Assembly: GCA_964016885.1 (NCBI GenBank)
Contig: OZ024758.1
Location: forward strand, 33,232,001 to 33,296,000
Source of the DNA: Eledone cirrhosa
Lineage: Eukaryota
Length of the DNA stretch: 64,000 nucleotides
Direction: 5' to 3'
Shown: one piece after another, positions 24,523 to 35,540 of the stretch
How positions within the stretch are numbered: the stretch's first letter is position 1
Layout of the letters: the number at the start of each line of letters is the position of its first letter
Made by a program: the position numbers and the translations under genes
The notes under the pieces: model-generated
Databases searched by the model: none
Told to the model about the DNA's origin: nothing
The model's input: only the letters and a program-made list of their open reading frames with translations

Positions 24523-27500
24523 GACTGCGGAATCCTGGAGAGTGGAAGGGAGAGAAAAATCTGGACGCTCAGAGCGAAAATGCCAAAGTTAAAGTCAAAT
24601 TCGCCTCGTGGACGAGAATGCGAGCACTCCTCTTTGTTTCGTCCGCGGATGGCTAACATAACCCTATCTCCCCCCGCCCCCCACCACCCCCACCCTCCAA
24701 ACGCAACCCAAAACTTCAGAGTTGGTACCATAAATGTAGGCACCCTAAAGGGTCGCGCTAACGAGGTTGTAGAAATGCTTGAACGTAAGGAGGTCGATGT
24801 TTGTTGTATTCAAGAGACCAGGTGGAGGGGTGGGTCTGCTAGATTCATTGAGGGTAAAAAACGATGTTATAAGCTTTTCTGGGTGGGAAACGACGATGGG
24901 CTGGGTGGAGTAGGAATCATGGTAGCAGAAAAGTGGGCAGATAAGATAATAGACGTAAATAGAGTGAACGACAGAATAATTAAAATACGACTTGTCCTCA
25001 ATAGAACTACGGTGACAGTAATATCTGCGTACGCACCCCAATCCGGACTGCCCGGCACTATAAAAGACAGATTCTATGAGACACTGTTGCTAACTACCTC
25101 CCAAATATCTGACAGTGACTATATAATTATTGCAGGCGACCTAAATGGTCACGTTGGACAACATTGTGACGGCTACGACGAAATCCATGGAGGCTATGGG
25201 TTTGGTACTAGAAATGAGGAAGGCTCCAGAATCCTGGAATTCTGTGATGCAAATAACCTAACTATCTGTAACACTAACTTCAAAAAACGTGACAATCACC
25301 TGATTACCTATAGATCCGGGGAACACACAAGCCAGGTAGATTATATCCTTACCAGAAGACGTGACAGAGTGTCTGTTGTAAACACTAAATCCCTCCCCCA
25401 TGAAGAATGCACCTCCCAACATAGACTGATAATTAGCAACCTCATAGTCAGGACGAGACGTACTCGACAGCAGAAGAGGACTATCCTCAGGAGGAAAATA
25501 TGGAAACTAAAGGACCCCACAGCCAGAAATAAATTTCAAAGCATATTACTTGATGCTTTCGACAGTAAGGAAGAGCATCTAGAATCGGACAATATAGAGG
25601 GACAGTGGGAATTTCTGAAAGCAAACCTGCTGTTGGCGACAGACGAAGTCTATGGCTGGAGCAGGCCTGTAGGCAGGAGGAGAGTAACATGGTGGTGGAA
25701 CAGTAGGGTGGAGGGGTCAATTAAGGCCAAAAAGCAGGCTTGGAAAGTATGGCGGGATGGGGGAAGTAGAGTAGACTATCAAGTGGCCAGGAGGGAAGCT
25801 AGGAGAGAAGTGTACTTAGCAAGAAGGGAAGCTGAGGAAAGAAAGTTCAAGCATGTTCTACAACGCGATGACCAAAAACGTGAGGTGTTCAGGATTGCTA
25901 GGCAATGCGTCAAGGAAAACCGTGATATTGTCGGGGAGAAGTGTGTACTTAACGATGATGGCATACTTGCCATCACCGACACTGATAAGAAGGTAGCTTG
26001 GAAGTGTCACTATGAAAGGCTACTAAATGAGGAGAATAAATGGGAGAAAGATAGTCTCCCCCATATCGACCCAATAGAGGGACCAGCAGTGTTAGTCGAG
26101 GGGAGTATAATAAGTAAGGCAATCAAGGATATGAAGACGGGTAAGGCGGCTGGGCCTTCGGAAATAGTTGCTGAGATGCTGAAGGCATCTGGCACGGTGG
26201 GACACACCATGGTCACCCGCATAGTTAACCAAGTCGTACAGAATGGGGTTGTTCCGAAGGACTGGCATAGCAGCATCATCGTTAACTGTTATAAGGGTAA
26301 AGGAGACGCCCTAGATAGGAGTAACTATAGAGGCATTAAATTAATCGACCAGGTCATGAAGGTCACGGAAAAAGTAATAGCGCAACTAATCAGAGAGAGA
26401 ATTGACCTAGATGAAATGCAGTTCGGGTTTGTGTCAGGCAAAAGCACCACAGACGCTCTTTTCATAGTACGACAACTACAGGAGAAGTACCTAGCTAAAG
26501 GTAAACCCCTCTACTTAGCTTTTGTCGACCTGGAGAAAGCCTTCGACAGAGTCCCCCGCTCCATTATCTGGTGGGCTCTTAGAAAACTAGGCGTTGACGA
26601 ATGGCTTGTGAGGGCTATACAAGCCATGTATAAAGAAACAGTCAGCAAGGTTAGAATTAACAACGAATATAGTGAAGAGTTTAGCGTAAAAGTTGGCGTC
26701 CATCAGGGCTCTGTTCTCAGCCCCCTACTATTTATTATTGCCCTTCAGGCTATAACAGAGGAGTTCAAGACAGGCTGCCCATGGGAACTCCTATACGCAG
26801 ACGACCTGACACTCATAGCGGAATCAATGGCCGAGCTAGAGAAGAAATTCCAAACATGGAAGCACGGCCTAGAGTCAAAAGGACTTAAAATTAACCTGGC
26901 TAAGACCAAAGTTCTAGTTTGTAGGAAAGAAAACAAGGCGGCGGTCCCTTCTGGGAAATGGTCGTGCTCGGTGTGTAGGAAAGGCGTAGGTAGAAACTCC
27001 ATTTTATGTCCTAAATGCAAAGTATGGGTGCATAAAAGATGTAGTGGGATCACAGGTAAGCTAACTAAGAACATAGATTTTACATGTGGCCGGTGTTCTG
27101 GTGCAATAAGTAGCAGCAAGTGCCCACAAAATACTAGCTCTTTCAATTGCGCAGAGGGTTCTATAGAAATAGTGGACAGCTTCCGTTACCTGGGCGATAA
27201 AATCAGCAGTGGGGGAGGGTGCTCTGAAAGTACTGTAGCTAGAGTCAGAACTGGTTGGAAAAAGTTCAGAGAGCTTATACCACTATTAGCTGCTAAAGGG
27301 TTCTCCCTAAAAATGAAAGGCAGGTTGTACGATGCCTGCATACGAACAGCAATGTTGCATGGTAGTGAGACCTGGGCATTGTGTGCAGAGGATATACGCA
27401 GACTAGAGAGGAACGAAGCTTGCATGCTCCGCTGGATGTGTAACAGTAATATACGTGAACGGCAAAGCATAAACGAACTAAGGAAAAAATTAGAGATAAG

Positions 27501-28118
27501 AGGGATCAGATGTTGTTTACTCGAGAGAAGGCTGCGTTGGTATGGACACGTGATGCGCATGAAAGTCGATAGCTGTATAACAAAGTGCAGGGCAATAAAG
27601 ATAGACGGTAGCCACGGAATAGGCAGACCTAGAAAAACCTGGGATGAGCTGATAAACTCCGACCTCACACACTTACACCTCTCCAAGACAATGTCACTGG
27701 ACCGAGACCTTTGGCGGTACTCAGTAACAGAGAAGACCCGCCTTGCCAGTAGGCATCTCTAACAAAATACACCCCGTCCCGCCACCACCCCCACCCCATC
27801 CACACCACCCCGTTCTATGTAAAGTTATGGTGCCGCGCCATCCAGGCCGAAACAAATGAGATCGTGTAGGTGTCACGACAAAAAAACACACAGTCCACGC
27901 TGTAATGTGGCCGTGTAGGCAACACGGTAAAAACCTCCCAGACCCACACTGTAAATGTGGTTGGTGTTAGGAAGGGCATCCAACTGTAGAAAACCTGCCA
28001 GACAGTCCTATGCGAGCAAGACAATCACTCTTGCCTCAAGTGGGACTACCCCCGTCCAAACCCATGCAAGCGTGGAACACGGACGTTAAACGTTGATGAT
28101 GATGATGATGATGATGAT
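24523..28118 (+). mobile_element. Full-length RTE-clade LINE
   Basis: Begins after (GGAT)n; single intact ORF; ~330-bp 3' UTR; (GAT)n tail. Confidence 0.92.
24580..27762 (+). CDS. RTE LINE polyprotein: APE endonuclease, reverse transcriptase, PHD-type finger (start at ATG 24580 or 24649)
   Basis: Uninterrupted frame; NVGTL, CIQETRW, SAYAPQ, AGDLNGH, VDYIL, SQHRL; NYRGIKL, FVDLEKAFD, GVHQGSVLSP, LLYADD, FRYLG; C4HC3 motif. Confidence 0.95.
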   Translation: MPKLKSNSPRGRECEHSSLFRPRMANITLSPPAPHHPHPPNATQNFRVGTINVGTLKGRANEVVEMLERKEVDVCCIQETRWRGGSARFIEGKKRCYKLFWVGNDDGLGGVGIMVAEKWADKIIDVNRVNDRIIKIRLVLNRTTVTVISAYAPQSGLPGTIKDRFYETLLLTTSQISDSDYIIIAGDLNGHVGQHCDGYDEIHGGYGFGTRNEEGSRILEFCDANNLTICNTNFKKRDNHLITYRSGEHTSQVDYILTRRRDRVSVVNTKSLPHEECTSQHRLIISNLIVRTRRTRQQKRTILRRKIWKLKDPTARNKFQSILLDAFDSKEEHLESDNIEGQWEFLKANLLLATDEVYGWSRPVGRRRVTWWWNSRVEGSIKAKKQAWKVWRDGGSRVDYQVARREARREVYLARREAEERKFKHVLQRDDQKREVFRIARQCVKENRDIVGEKCVLNDDGILAITDTDKKVAWKCHYERLLNEENKWEKDSLPHIDPIEGPAVLVEGSIISKAIKDMKTGKAAGPSEIVAEMLKASGTVGHTMVTRIVNQVVQNGVVPKDWHSSIIVNCYKGKGDALDRSNYRGIKLIDQVMKVTEKVIAQLIRERIDLDEMQFGFVSGKSTTDALFIVRQLQEKYLAKGKPLYLAFVDLEKAFDRVPRSIIWWALRKLGVDEWLVRAIQAMYKETVSKVRINNEYSEEFSVKVGVHQGSVLSPLLFIIALQAITEEFKTGCPWELLYADDLTLIAESMAELEKKFQTWKHGLESKGLKINLAKTKVLVCRKENKAAVPSGKWSCSVCRKGVGRNSILCPKCKVWVHKRCSGITGKLTKNIDFTCGRCSGAISSSKCPQNTSSFNCAEGSIEIVDSFRYLGDKISSGGGCSESTVARVRTGWKKFRELIPLLAAKGFSLKMKGRLYDACIRTAMLHGSETWALCAEDIRRLERNEACMLRWMCNSNIRERQSINELRKKLEIRGIRCCLLERRLRWYGHVMRMKVDSCITKCRAIKIDGSHGIGRPRKTWDELINSDLTHLHLSKTMSLDRDLWRYSVTEKTRLASRHL

Positions 28119-28696
28119 ACACACACACACACACACAGAGAGAGAGTTCAAATTTGCCTTTAGAATTAATTCTTGGTTATGTAACTAGCATGTGTCATTT
28201 TGAAAAGAAAATGGGTGAAAGAAAAAAAAATTGCTCAAAAGTTTTTAACTGAAGTTGAACAAAAAATGTGGCTAATAACAATTACCAAAATATTTTCTGA
28301 TTCCATAAATCAACTTTTGGAAGGAAGTGTACAATCACGAGATAACTCAGGATTGGCAGTGAGCAAGTATTTTTCTTGCCTGAGTTATCTCATTACCAGG
28401 ACACAACAACGTTTTAGTTGTTACATGATATCTCATGATCACAGCTTAACAGATTAAAGGATATGACAAATACTGAAAAATCATTAGTTTTCATTGTGTT
28501 CAGGCCAGAAATTCTCAGTGAAAACTCAGATGTTGCCTGAGAATTTAGGGAAACAATATAAGTTGAATGTACAAAAGCAACCTTATAGGAAAGCTTAAGC
28601 ACAATTAAGAAAATAAGATACTGGCTAAGATTTGCACAAAGATGAATACAGTAACCAATATAAATGCGTAAGATAAATTAATATAGTAATAATAAT

Positions 28697-30085
28697 AATG
28701 AAATAATTGTGTACAGTGCTCAGGTGCACTATAACTCATCAAAGGTGCATGTATAGTACATAGAATAATGTGCAAATGTCAGGAAAGTGAACAGTGCATG
28801 AGTCATGATATACACACAGATACATGTATGCGTGTGTATGGAGGGGAGATATCAGGTGTAGTGTTGGCAAAATCTCAGGAAGCATGGAGGTTTTAAAGGA
28901 TGCAGTGTCTCGACAGCTAACAACTGATGCAGGTAGTTTGTTCCATGGAGGTATTGAAGGATGCAGTGTCTCGACAGCTAACAACTGATGCAGGTAGTTT
29001 GTTCCATGGAGGTTTTGAAGGATACAGTGTCTCGACAGCTAACAACTGATGCAGGTAGTTTTTTCCATGGAGGTTTTGAAGGATACAGTGTCTCGGCAGC
29101 TAACAACCGATGCAGGTAGTTTGTTCCATAGAGGTTTTAAAGGATGCAGTGTCTCGACAGCTATCAACTGATGCAGGTAGTTTGTTCCATGGAGGTTTTG
29201 AAGGATACAGTGTCTCGGCAGCTAACAACCGATGCAGGTAGTTTGTTCCATAGAGGTTTTAAAGGATGCAGTGTCTCGACAGCTAACAACTGATGCAGGT
29301 AGTTTGTTCCATGGAGGTTTTGAAGGATGCAGTGTCTCGGCAGCTAACAACTGATGCAGGTAGTTTGTTCCATGGAGGTTTTGAAGGATACAGTGTCTCG
29401 GCAGCTAACAACCGATGCAGGTAGTTTGTTCCATAGAGGTTTTGAAGGATACAGTGTCTCGACAGCTAACAACTGATGCAGGTAGTTTGTTCCATAGAGG
29501 TTTTGAAGGATACAGTGTCTCGACAGCTAACAACCGATGCAGGTAGTTTGTTCCATGGAGGTTTTGAAGGATACAGTGTCTCGACAGCTAACAACCGATG
29601 CAGGTAGTTTGTTCCATGGAGGTTTTAAAGGATGCAGTGTCTCGACAGCTAACAACTGATGCAGGTAGTTTGTTCCATGGAGGTTTTAAAGGATGCAGTG
29701 TCTCGACAGCTAACAACTGATGCAGGTAGTTTGTTCCATGGAGGTTTTAAAGGATGCAGTGTCTCGACAGCTAACAACTGATGCAGGTAGTTTGTTCCAT
29801 GGAGGTTTTAAAGGATGCAGTGTCTCGACAGCTAACAACTGATGCAGGTAGTTTGTTCCATGGAGGTTTTAAAGGATGCAGTGTCTCGACAGCTAACAAC
29901 TGATGCAGGTAGTTTGTTCCATGCTTCAGCAACTCTGAGCATGGAAAAAATGTTTCTGAAAGTTATGGGAGCTGTTCTGTTTTCTGACTTTGTAGGCATG
30001 CCCATGTGTGTTAGACACATGGAATTCAAAAAGGTGCTCAGGGTTTGTGTTGGCAAGATGGTTAATAATTTTGTGGGTATTAGGG
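28697..30085 (-). mobile_element. CR1-like LINE 3' fragment with internal minisatellite
   Basis: NTHGHAYKV..KHFF..RVAEAWNKLPASVVS...SFK C-terminal motif; the same 3' tail occurs at ~35000-35215 (+). Confidence 0.75.
28883..29922. repeat. 61-bp minisatellite, 17 units
   Basis: Unit starts at 28883, 28944 ... 29859; CATG at the boundaries. Confidence 0.95.
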
Positions 30086-30167
30086 CTGGAGCCATGATAA
30101 AATGCACCCAATACATTCTGCAACATGCTAGTGCTGGTTCCATGGTAAAATGCATCCAGCACATATG

Positions 30168-30383
30168 TTAACCCTTTAGCATTTGCATTACTCTACATTT
30201 ACTTTTGTATTTTCACGATAAAGGCTTTACCTCACATAATATCTGATCTGTGAGATTTTGATATAATATATTTTGAGAACAATACCTTAACATCAGTATG
30301 AGTGGCCGGTTACAGCCAGTTTGAACTGAAAAAGGTGAGAAAATTCTGGCCAGATCTGGCCGGTTTAAATGCTAAAGGGTTAA
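30168..30383 (+). mobile_element. piggyBac-type MITE (~210 bp, unexpanded copy)
   Basis: TTAA|CCCTTTAGCATTT ... AAATGCTAAAGGG|TTAA. Confidence 0.85.
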
Positions 30384-30425
30384 AGTACTGGTATGCCATG
30401 AAAAAAAGCTCCCAATACACTCTGC

Positions 30426-31262
30426 AAAGTGCTAGTACTGATGCCATATTAAAATGCATCTAGTACACACTTTAAAGTGCTAGTACTGATGCCATGATAA
30501 AATGCATCTAGTACATACTTTAAAGTGCTAGTACTGATGCCATATTAAAATGCATCTAGTACACACTTTAAAGTGCTAGTACTGATGCCATGATAAAATG
30601 CATCTAGTACACACTTTAAAGTGCTAGTACTGATGCCATGATAAAATGCATCTAGTACACACTTTAAAGTGCTAGTACTGATGCCATGATAAAATGCATC
30701 TAGTACATACTTTAAAGTGCTAGTACTGATGCCATGATAAAATGCATCTAGTACACACTTTAAAGTGCTAGTACTGATGCCATGATAAAATGCATCTAGT
30801 ACACACTTTAAAGTGCTAGTACTGATGCCATGATAAAATGCATCTAGTACACACTTTAAAGTGCTAGTACTGATGCCATGATAAAATGCATCTAGTACAC
30901 ACTTTAAAGTGCTAGTACTGATGCCATGATAAAATGCATCTAGTACACACTTTAAAGTGCTAGTACTGATGCCATGATAAAATGCATCTAGTACACACTT
31001 TAAAGTGCTAGTACTGATGCCATGATAAAATGCATCTAGTACACACTTTAAAGTGCTAGTACTGATGCCATGATAAAATGCATCTAGTACACACTTTAAG
31101 GTGCTAGTACTGATGCCATGATAAAATGCATCTAGTACACACTTTAAAGTGCTAGTACTGATGCCATGATAAAATGCATCTAGTACACACTTTAAAATGC
31201 TAGTACTGATGCCATGATAAAATGCATCTAGTACACACTTTAAAATGCTAGTACTGATGCAT
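30426..31262. repeat. 48-bp minisatellite, ~17 units, with diverged flanking monomers
   Basis: Unit aagtgctagtactgatgccatgataaaatgcatctagtacacacttta; grades into an RTE-tail-like sequence. Confidence 0.95.
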
Positions 31263-31943
31263 CCAATACATATTTTAAAGTGTTGGTATGCCATAATAAA
31301 ACACACCCAATACACTCTTTAAAGGGGTGGTATATCATGATAAAATGCACCAATACACACTTTAAAGTGCTAGTGCTGATATACCATAATAAAATGCACC
31401 CAGTACACTTTGAAAAGTGCTAGTGCTGGTATGAAATGATAAAATACACCCAATATACTCTGCAAAACCATTGACATGAGGAAAGGCATCCTGCCATAGA
31501 AGCCAAGCCAAAATATGGAACATATGAGCATGTCACTGCATCTGAACCAACTTGTCTTGGGTCATGAATCATTCAACATATGCCAGCATGGAAAGTGGTT
31601 GTATGATGAGGTTTGATATAAACTAAAATTTGAGTTATCGTTTCAACATCAACCTCATCTTAGAGTACACTGCACAGGTTTCCTAGAGAGGGTGGCTGTC
31701 TCAGACTTCACTTCTTACTGTGTAACGCTCGGCAGCAAACCTATCAAGTGCATGTCAGATTTCACCTTCCAATAACTTAAGTAGTACCATGTTGTCTGCA
31801 AATTCCAACCAGCTGATCCCACACTTGCCAGGCTTGATACCACTTCCAACATGGCTGTTCATGTCAATCATGATGAAGAAGAAATAAAAAGAAGAGGAGG
31901 AAGGTGTAAAAGGAAGAGCGATAGAGGAGTTCAAACTTTTTAC

Positions 31944-32032
31944 CTGGAGTATATTCACTGACATTCACTGATGTTACATATACCAAAGTAGAGTGGACAT
32001 GAAAACTTACCTATAAAAAAAGAAGAAAAAAA
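31944..32032 (-). other. Candidate recursive splice site with 67-nt cryptic exon
   Basis: Minus strand: tttttttcttctttttttatag|GTAAGT at 32011/32010, downstream donor CAG|gtaaaa at 31944/31943. Confidence 0.45.
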
Positions 32033-33378
32033 CAATTATTTTCTTGAATAATAAGGTAAGATAAATTACAGAAATTAAGAATTGCTCTTCTTTATTTAAT
32101 TACTAATTAGGAGGAAGAGGAGGGGGGGGGGGCAGGATGAGGAAGAGGAGGGGGGGCAGGAGGAGGAGGAGGAGGAAAACAGAAAAGGAAAGGTGAAAAA
32201 AGAAATTTAAGTTTTATTTAAGCCCAGGCATGCGGTTAGAATGTCTCAGCAGAGACAGATTTTACGAGCAAAAACAACCGGTAGAAGACTGAGGAGTTAG
32301 AAAGGGCATCCAGCTGCAGAAACCAACCCAAAATACAGATCCATATGAGCAAGACGTGGTTTCAGGACCCAACTTGTTTCATAACATGATAACCCATCTA
32401 ACCAATGCAAGTGTGGAACATGGAAGTTAAACAATGATGATAAACATTGCTGAAGTATCAGATTGAAGTTTAGCACTACTATTTTTACCGAGACACTGAA
32501 TGTATGAAGGCTGGAAAGATATGAAGAGAGTCTGCTCTGCTAAATATGTAATGTCAGTGTACATCATAAGTCCTCAAACTCCCCCCCCCCCTCGCCATGT
32601 AATACCCTCAGCGCCCCCAACCCTATTTCCAGCGAGACCTACCTACACACAAATTGTAAATAATATAAACTATGTATAAATAAATATTATATATTTTTTA
32701 TTTTACTATATTTATATATATGTGTCATTTGATATTTAATATACTATTATATCATCGCTACCACCCACTGCCCCCTTAGGCCTTGGACCTTCTCAAAGCC
32801 CCCCAGGGGGTGGTAGCACCCACTTTGAGAATCTCTGGTACAGAGATTAGTGAAGAGAAAAGCTAGGTTCAGCAGGTATCAGATGCAGTGTAATGGACAC
32901 AGGATGATCAAATGGTTAAGGAGCTTGCTTTGCAATCATTAGGCCCAGGTTCAAACCTACAATATGGCATCTTGGACAAGTGTCATTTACTAAATATACA
33001 ATGGCTCTACCCCTTCCTTGTGAGTGAAACTAGGTAGATGGAAACTGTGTAGAAGCCTATCAAAAGGATAAACATCCCATAACTCCTTGTGGAGTTGTAG
33101 AGGCACTGTCATATGGTGTGTCTAGGGCACATTTAAACCTGACGGAGCTCAACCCACTCCAGGTCAGAGTACAGCCAATTTTTTTCTATAGAGGAAGAAT
33201 CGACCCCAGTACTGCACTGGTACTTTTTTATCGACCTCGAAAGGATGAAAGGCAAAGTTGACCACAGCAGAATTTGAACTCAATGACACGTTAATTTCAG
33301 GAGTAGGCTGTTCCCATTGATTGAACAACTGGCACACTCATCATCACAACTGATAGAAGCCCATTCTAGATGCAGCAT

Positions 33379-34248
33379 GCAAGAGTCAAGACTGCAGTGG
33401 TAGAAACACGTGGTGTGTATGACATAGCAAGAGACAAGACTGCAGTGGTAGAAACACGTGGTGTGTATGACATAGCAAGAGTCAAGACTGCAGTGGTAGA
33501 AACACGTGGTGTGTATGACATAGCAAGAGACAAGACTGCAGTGGTAGAAACACGTGGTGTGTATGACATAGCAAGAGTCAAGACTGCAGTGGTAGAAACA
33601 CGTGGTGTGTATGACATAGCAAGAGTCAAGACTGCAGTGGTAGAAACACGTGGTGTGTATGACATAGCAAGAGACAAGACTGCAGTGGTAGAAACACGTG
33701 GTGTGTATGACATAGCAAGAGACAAGACTGCAGTGGTAGAAACACGTGGTGTGTATGACATAGCAAGAGTCAAGACTGCAGTGGTAGAAACACGTGGTGT
33801 GTATGACATAGCAAGAGACAAGACTGCAGTGGTAGAAACACGTGGTGTGTATGACATAGCAAGAGTCAAGACTGCAGTGGTAGAAACACGTGGTGTGTAT
33901 GACATAGCAAGAGTCAAGACTGCAGTGGTAGAAACACGTGGTGTGTATGACATAGCAAGAGACAAGACTGCAGTGGTAGAAACACGTGGTGTGTATGACA
34001 TAGCAAGAGACAAGACTGCAGTGGTAGAAACACGTGGTGTGTATGACATAGCAAGAGACAAGACTGCAGTGGTAGAAACACGTGGTGTGTATGACATAGC
34101 AAGAGACAAGACTGCAGTGGTAGAAACACGTGGTGTGTATGACATAGCAAGAGACAAGACTGCAGTGGTAGAAACACGTGGTGTGTATGACATAGCAAGA
34201 GACAAGACTGCAGTGGTAGAAACACGTGGTGTGTATGACATAGCAAGA
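33379..34248. repeat. 48-bp minisatellite, 18 units, derived from RTE coding sequence
   Basis: One variable site (gagTcaag/gagAcaag); the unit reads RCSMQESRLQW*KHVVCM, matching RTE RCxxQERRLRWYGHVMRM. Confidence 0.95.
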
Positions 34249-34366
34249 TATGGTGAAATCTGATCTCAGGTGTTGAACCTTAGAAATGAGATGACAAGAG
34301 ACAGCAACAGGCAATGAAAAACTGTGCTGATGAAGACATGTTCAAGCAATACATGCATGGAAATAT

Positions 34367-34555
34367 GGTGGTGGTGGTGGTGATGTGGTGGTGGTGGTGG
34401 TGGTGATGACGGTGGTGGTTGTAATGATGGTGCTAGTTGTAATGGTGGTGGTGGTGATGATGGTGGTGGTAGTGATGGTGATGACGGTGGTAGTTGTAAT
34501 GGTGGTTGTGGTGGTGATAGTGATGGTGGTGATGATGATGATGACCATCATCATC
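34367..34555. repeat. (GTG/ATG)n degenerate trinucleotide repeat
   Basis: Direct inspection. Confidence 0.9.
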
Positions 34556-34915
34556 ATGGTAAGGAGGAGGAGGAGGCAGAGGAAGAAAGTGTATTCCGAA
34601 AACTTTACCCAATTTTAGTAATAATTACAAACCAATTAATTAATTAATCATTTTAATATCCAATTATACTTCAAATCAATTACAAAAATGTATTGATCAT
34701 GATGATGTACAATTTGAACAGTTTAATTAATTCTCAAACTAAATTATAACTAATTAAAATTATAAAACTAGTGTTTTGTTTTTACATTCTAATTGTACTA
34801 AAATATTGTAATGTTTAAATTGCAGTAATACTTTAGATCTTATTCTATTAGTTATTTACAAATATTTCAGGACATTTTGAATTTTGATAACTGTATATTG
34901 TGTATATCCTGTTCC

Positions 34916-35540
34916 TTAACCCTTTAGAATTTACATTACTCTATATTTACTAGTGTATTTTCGCAGTAAAGGCTTTATCTCACGTTAGTTGTTAGCTGCT
35001 GGAACACTACATCCTTTTAAACCTCCATGCTTCCTGAAATTCACCAACACTACACTTGATATTCTTCTTCCATACACACGCACACGTGTGTATGTATATA
35101 TCATGACTCATGCACTGTTCACTTTCCTGACATTTGTACATTATTCTATGTACTATACATGCACCTTTCATGAATTGTAGTGCACCTGAGCACTGTACAC
35201 AATTTTATTATTATAAGGATGGTTGGTTGGCAGTATCGGTAGAGGGTCGGACGCCATGCTTTGCAGCAAAAAGTTACGGCCATTTATGGTCTGAGTTCAA
35301 ATCCCGCCGAGGTTAACTTTGCCTTTCATCCTTACGGGGTCGATAAAATAAAGTACCAGTAATGCACTGGCCTTGTGCCAAAAGTAGAAACAATTATTAT
35401 TATAATATTAAATCTATGAGATTTTGATATTATATATTTTGAGAATAATACCTTAACATCAGAACGAGCGGCCGGTTACAGCTGGTTTGAACAGAAAGGG
35501 GTGAGAGAATCCTGGCCAAATATGGCCGGTTTAAATGCTA
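34916..35540 (+). mobile_element. piggyBac-type MITE interrupted by a CR1 tail (~35000-35215) and a family A SINE (~35218-35400)
   Basis: Homology to 30168-30383 on both sides of the inserts; right terminus truncated. Confidence 0.75.

Noticed and set aside
24226-24579. N-terminal extension of the 1178-aa ORF
   Set aside because: Starts at TTG and runs through poly-C and (GGAT)n flank upstream of the likely element start
24523-24665. HDV-like ribozyme in the RTE 5' end
   Set aside because: A 7-bp helix GGACGAG/TTCGTCC and a CTAA are present, but P2, P3 and P1.1 could not be built in canonical order; needs an RNArobo or Infernal search
28339-28391. 13-bp inverted repeat as a pre-miRNA
   Set aside because: The upper stem is poorly paired (27-nt spacer) and there is no other support
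32560-32840. hAT-like MITE
   Set aside because: Only one convincing terminus (ctttgagaatctctg) and no target site duplication identified
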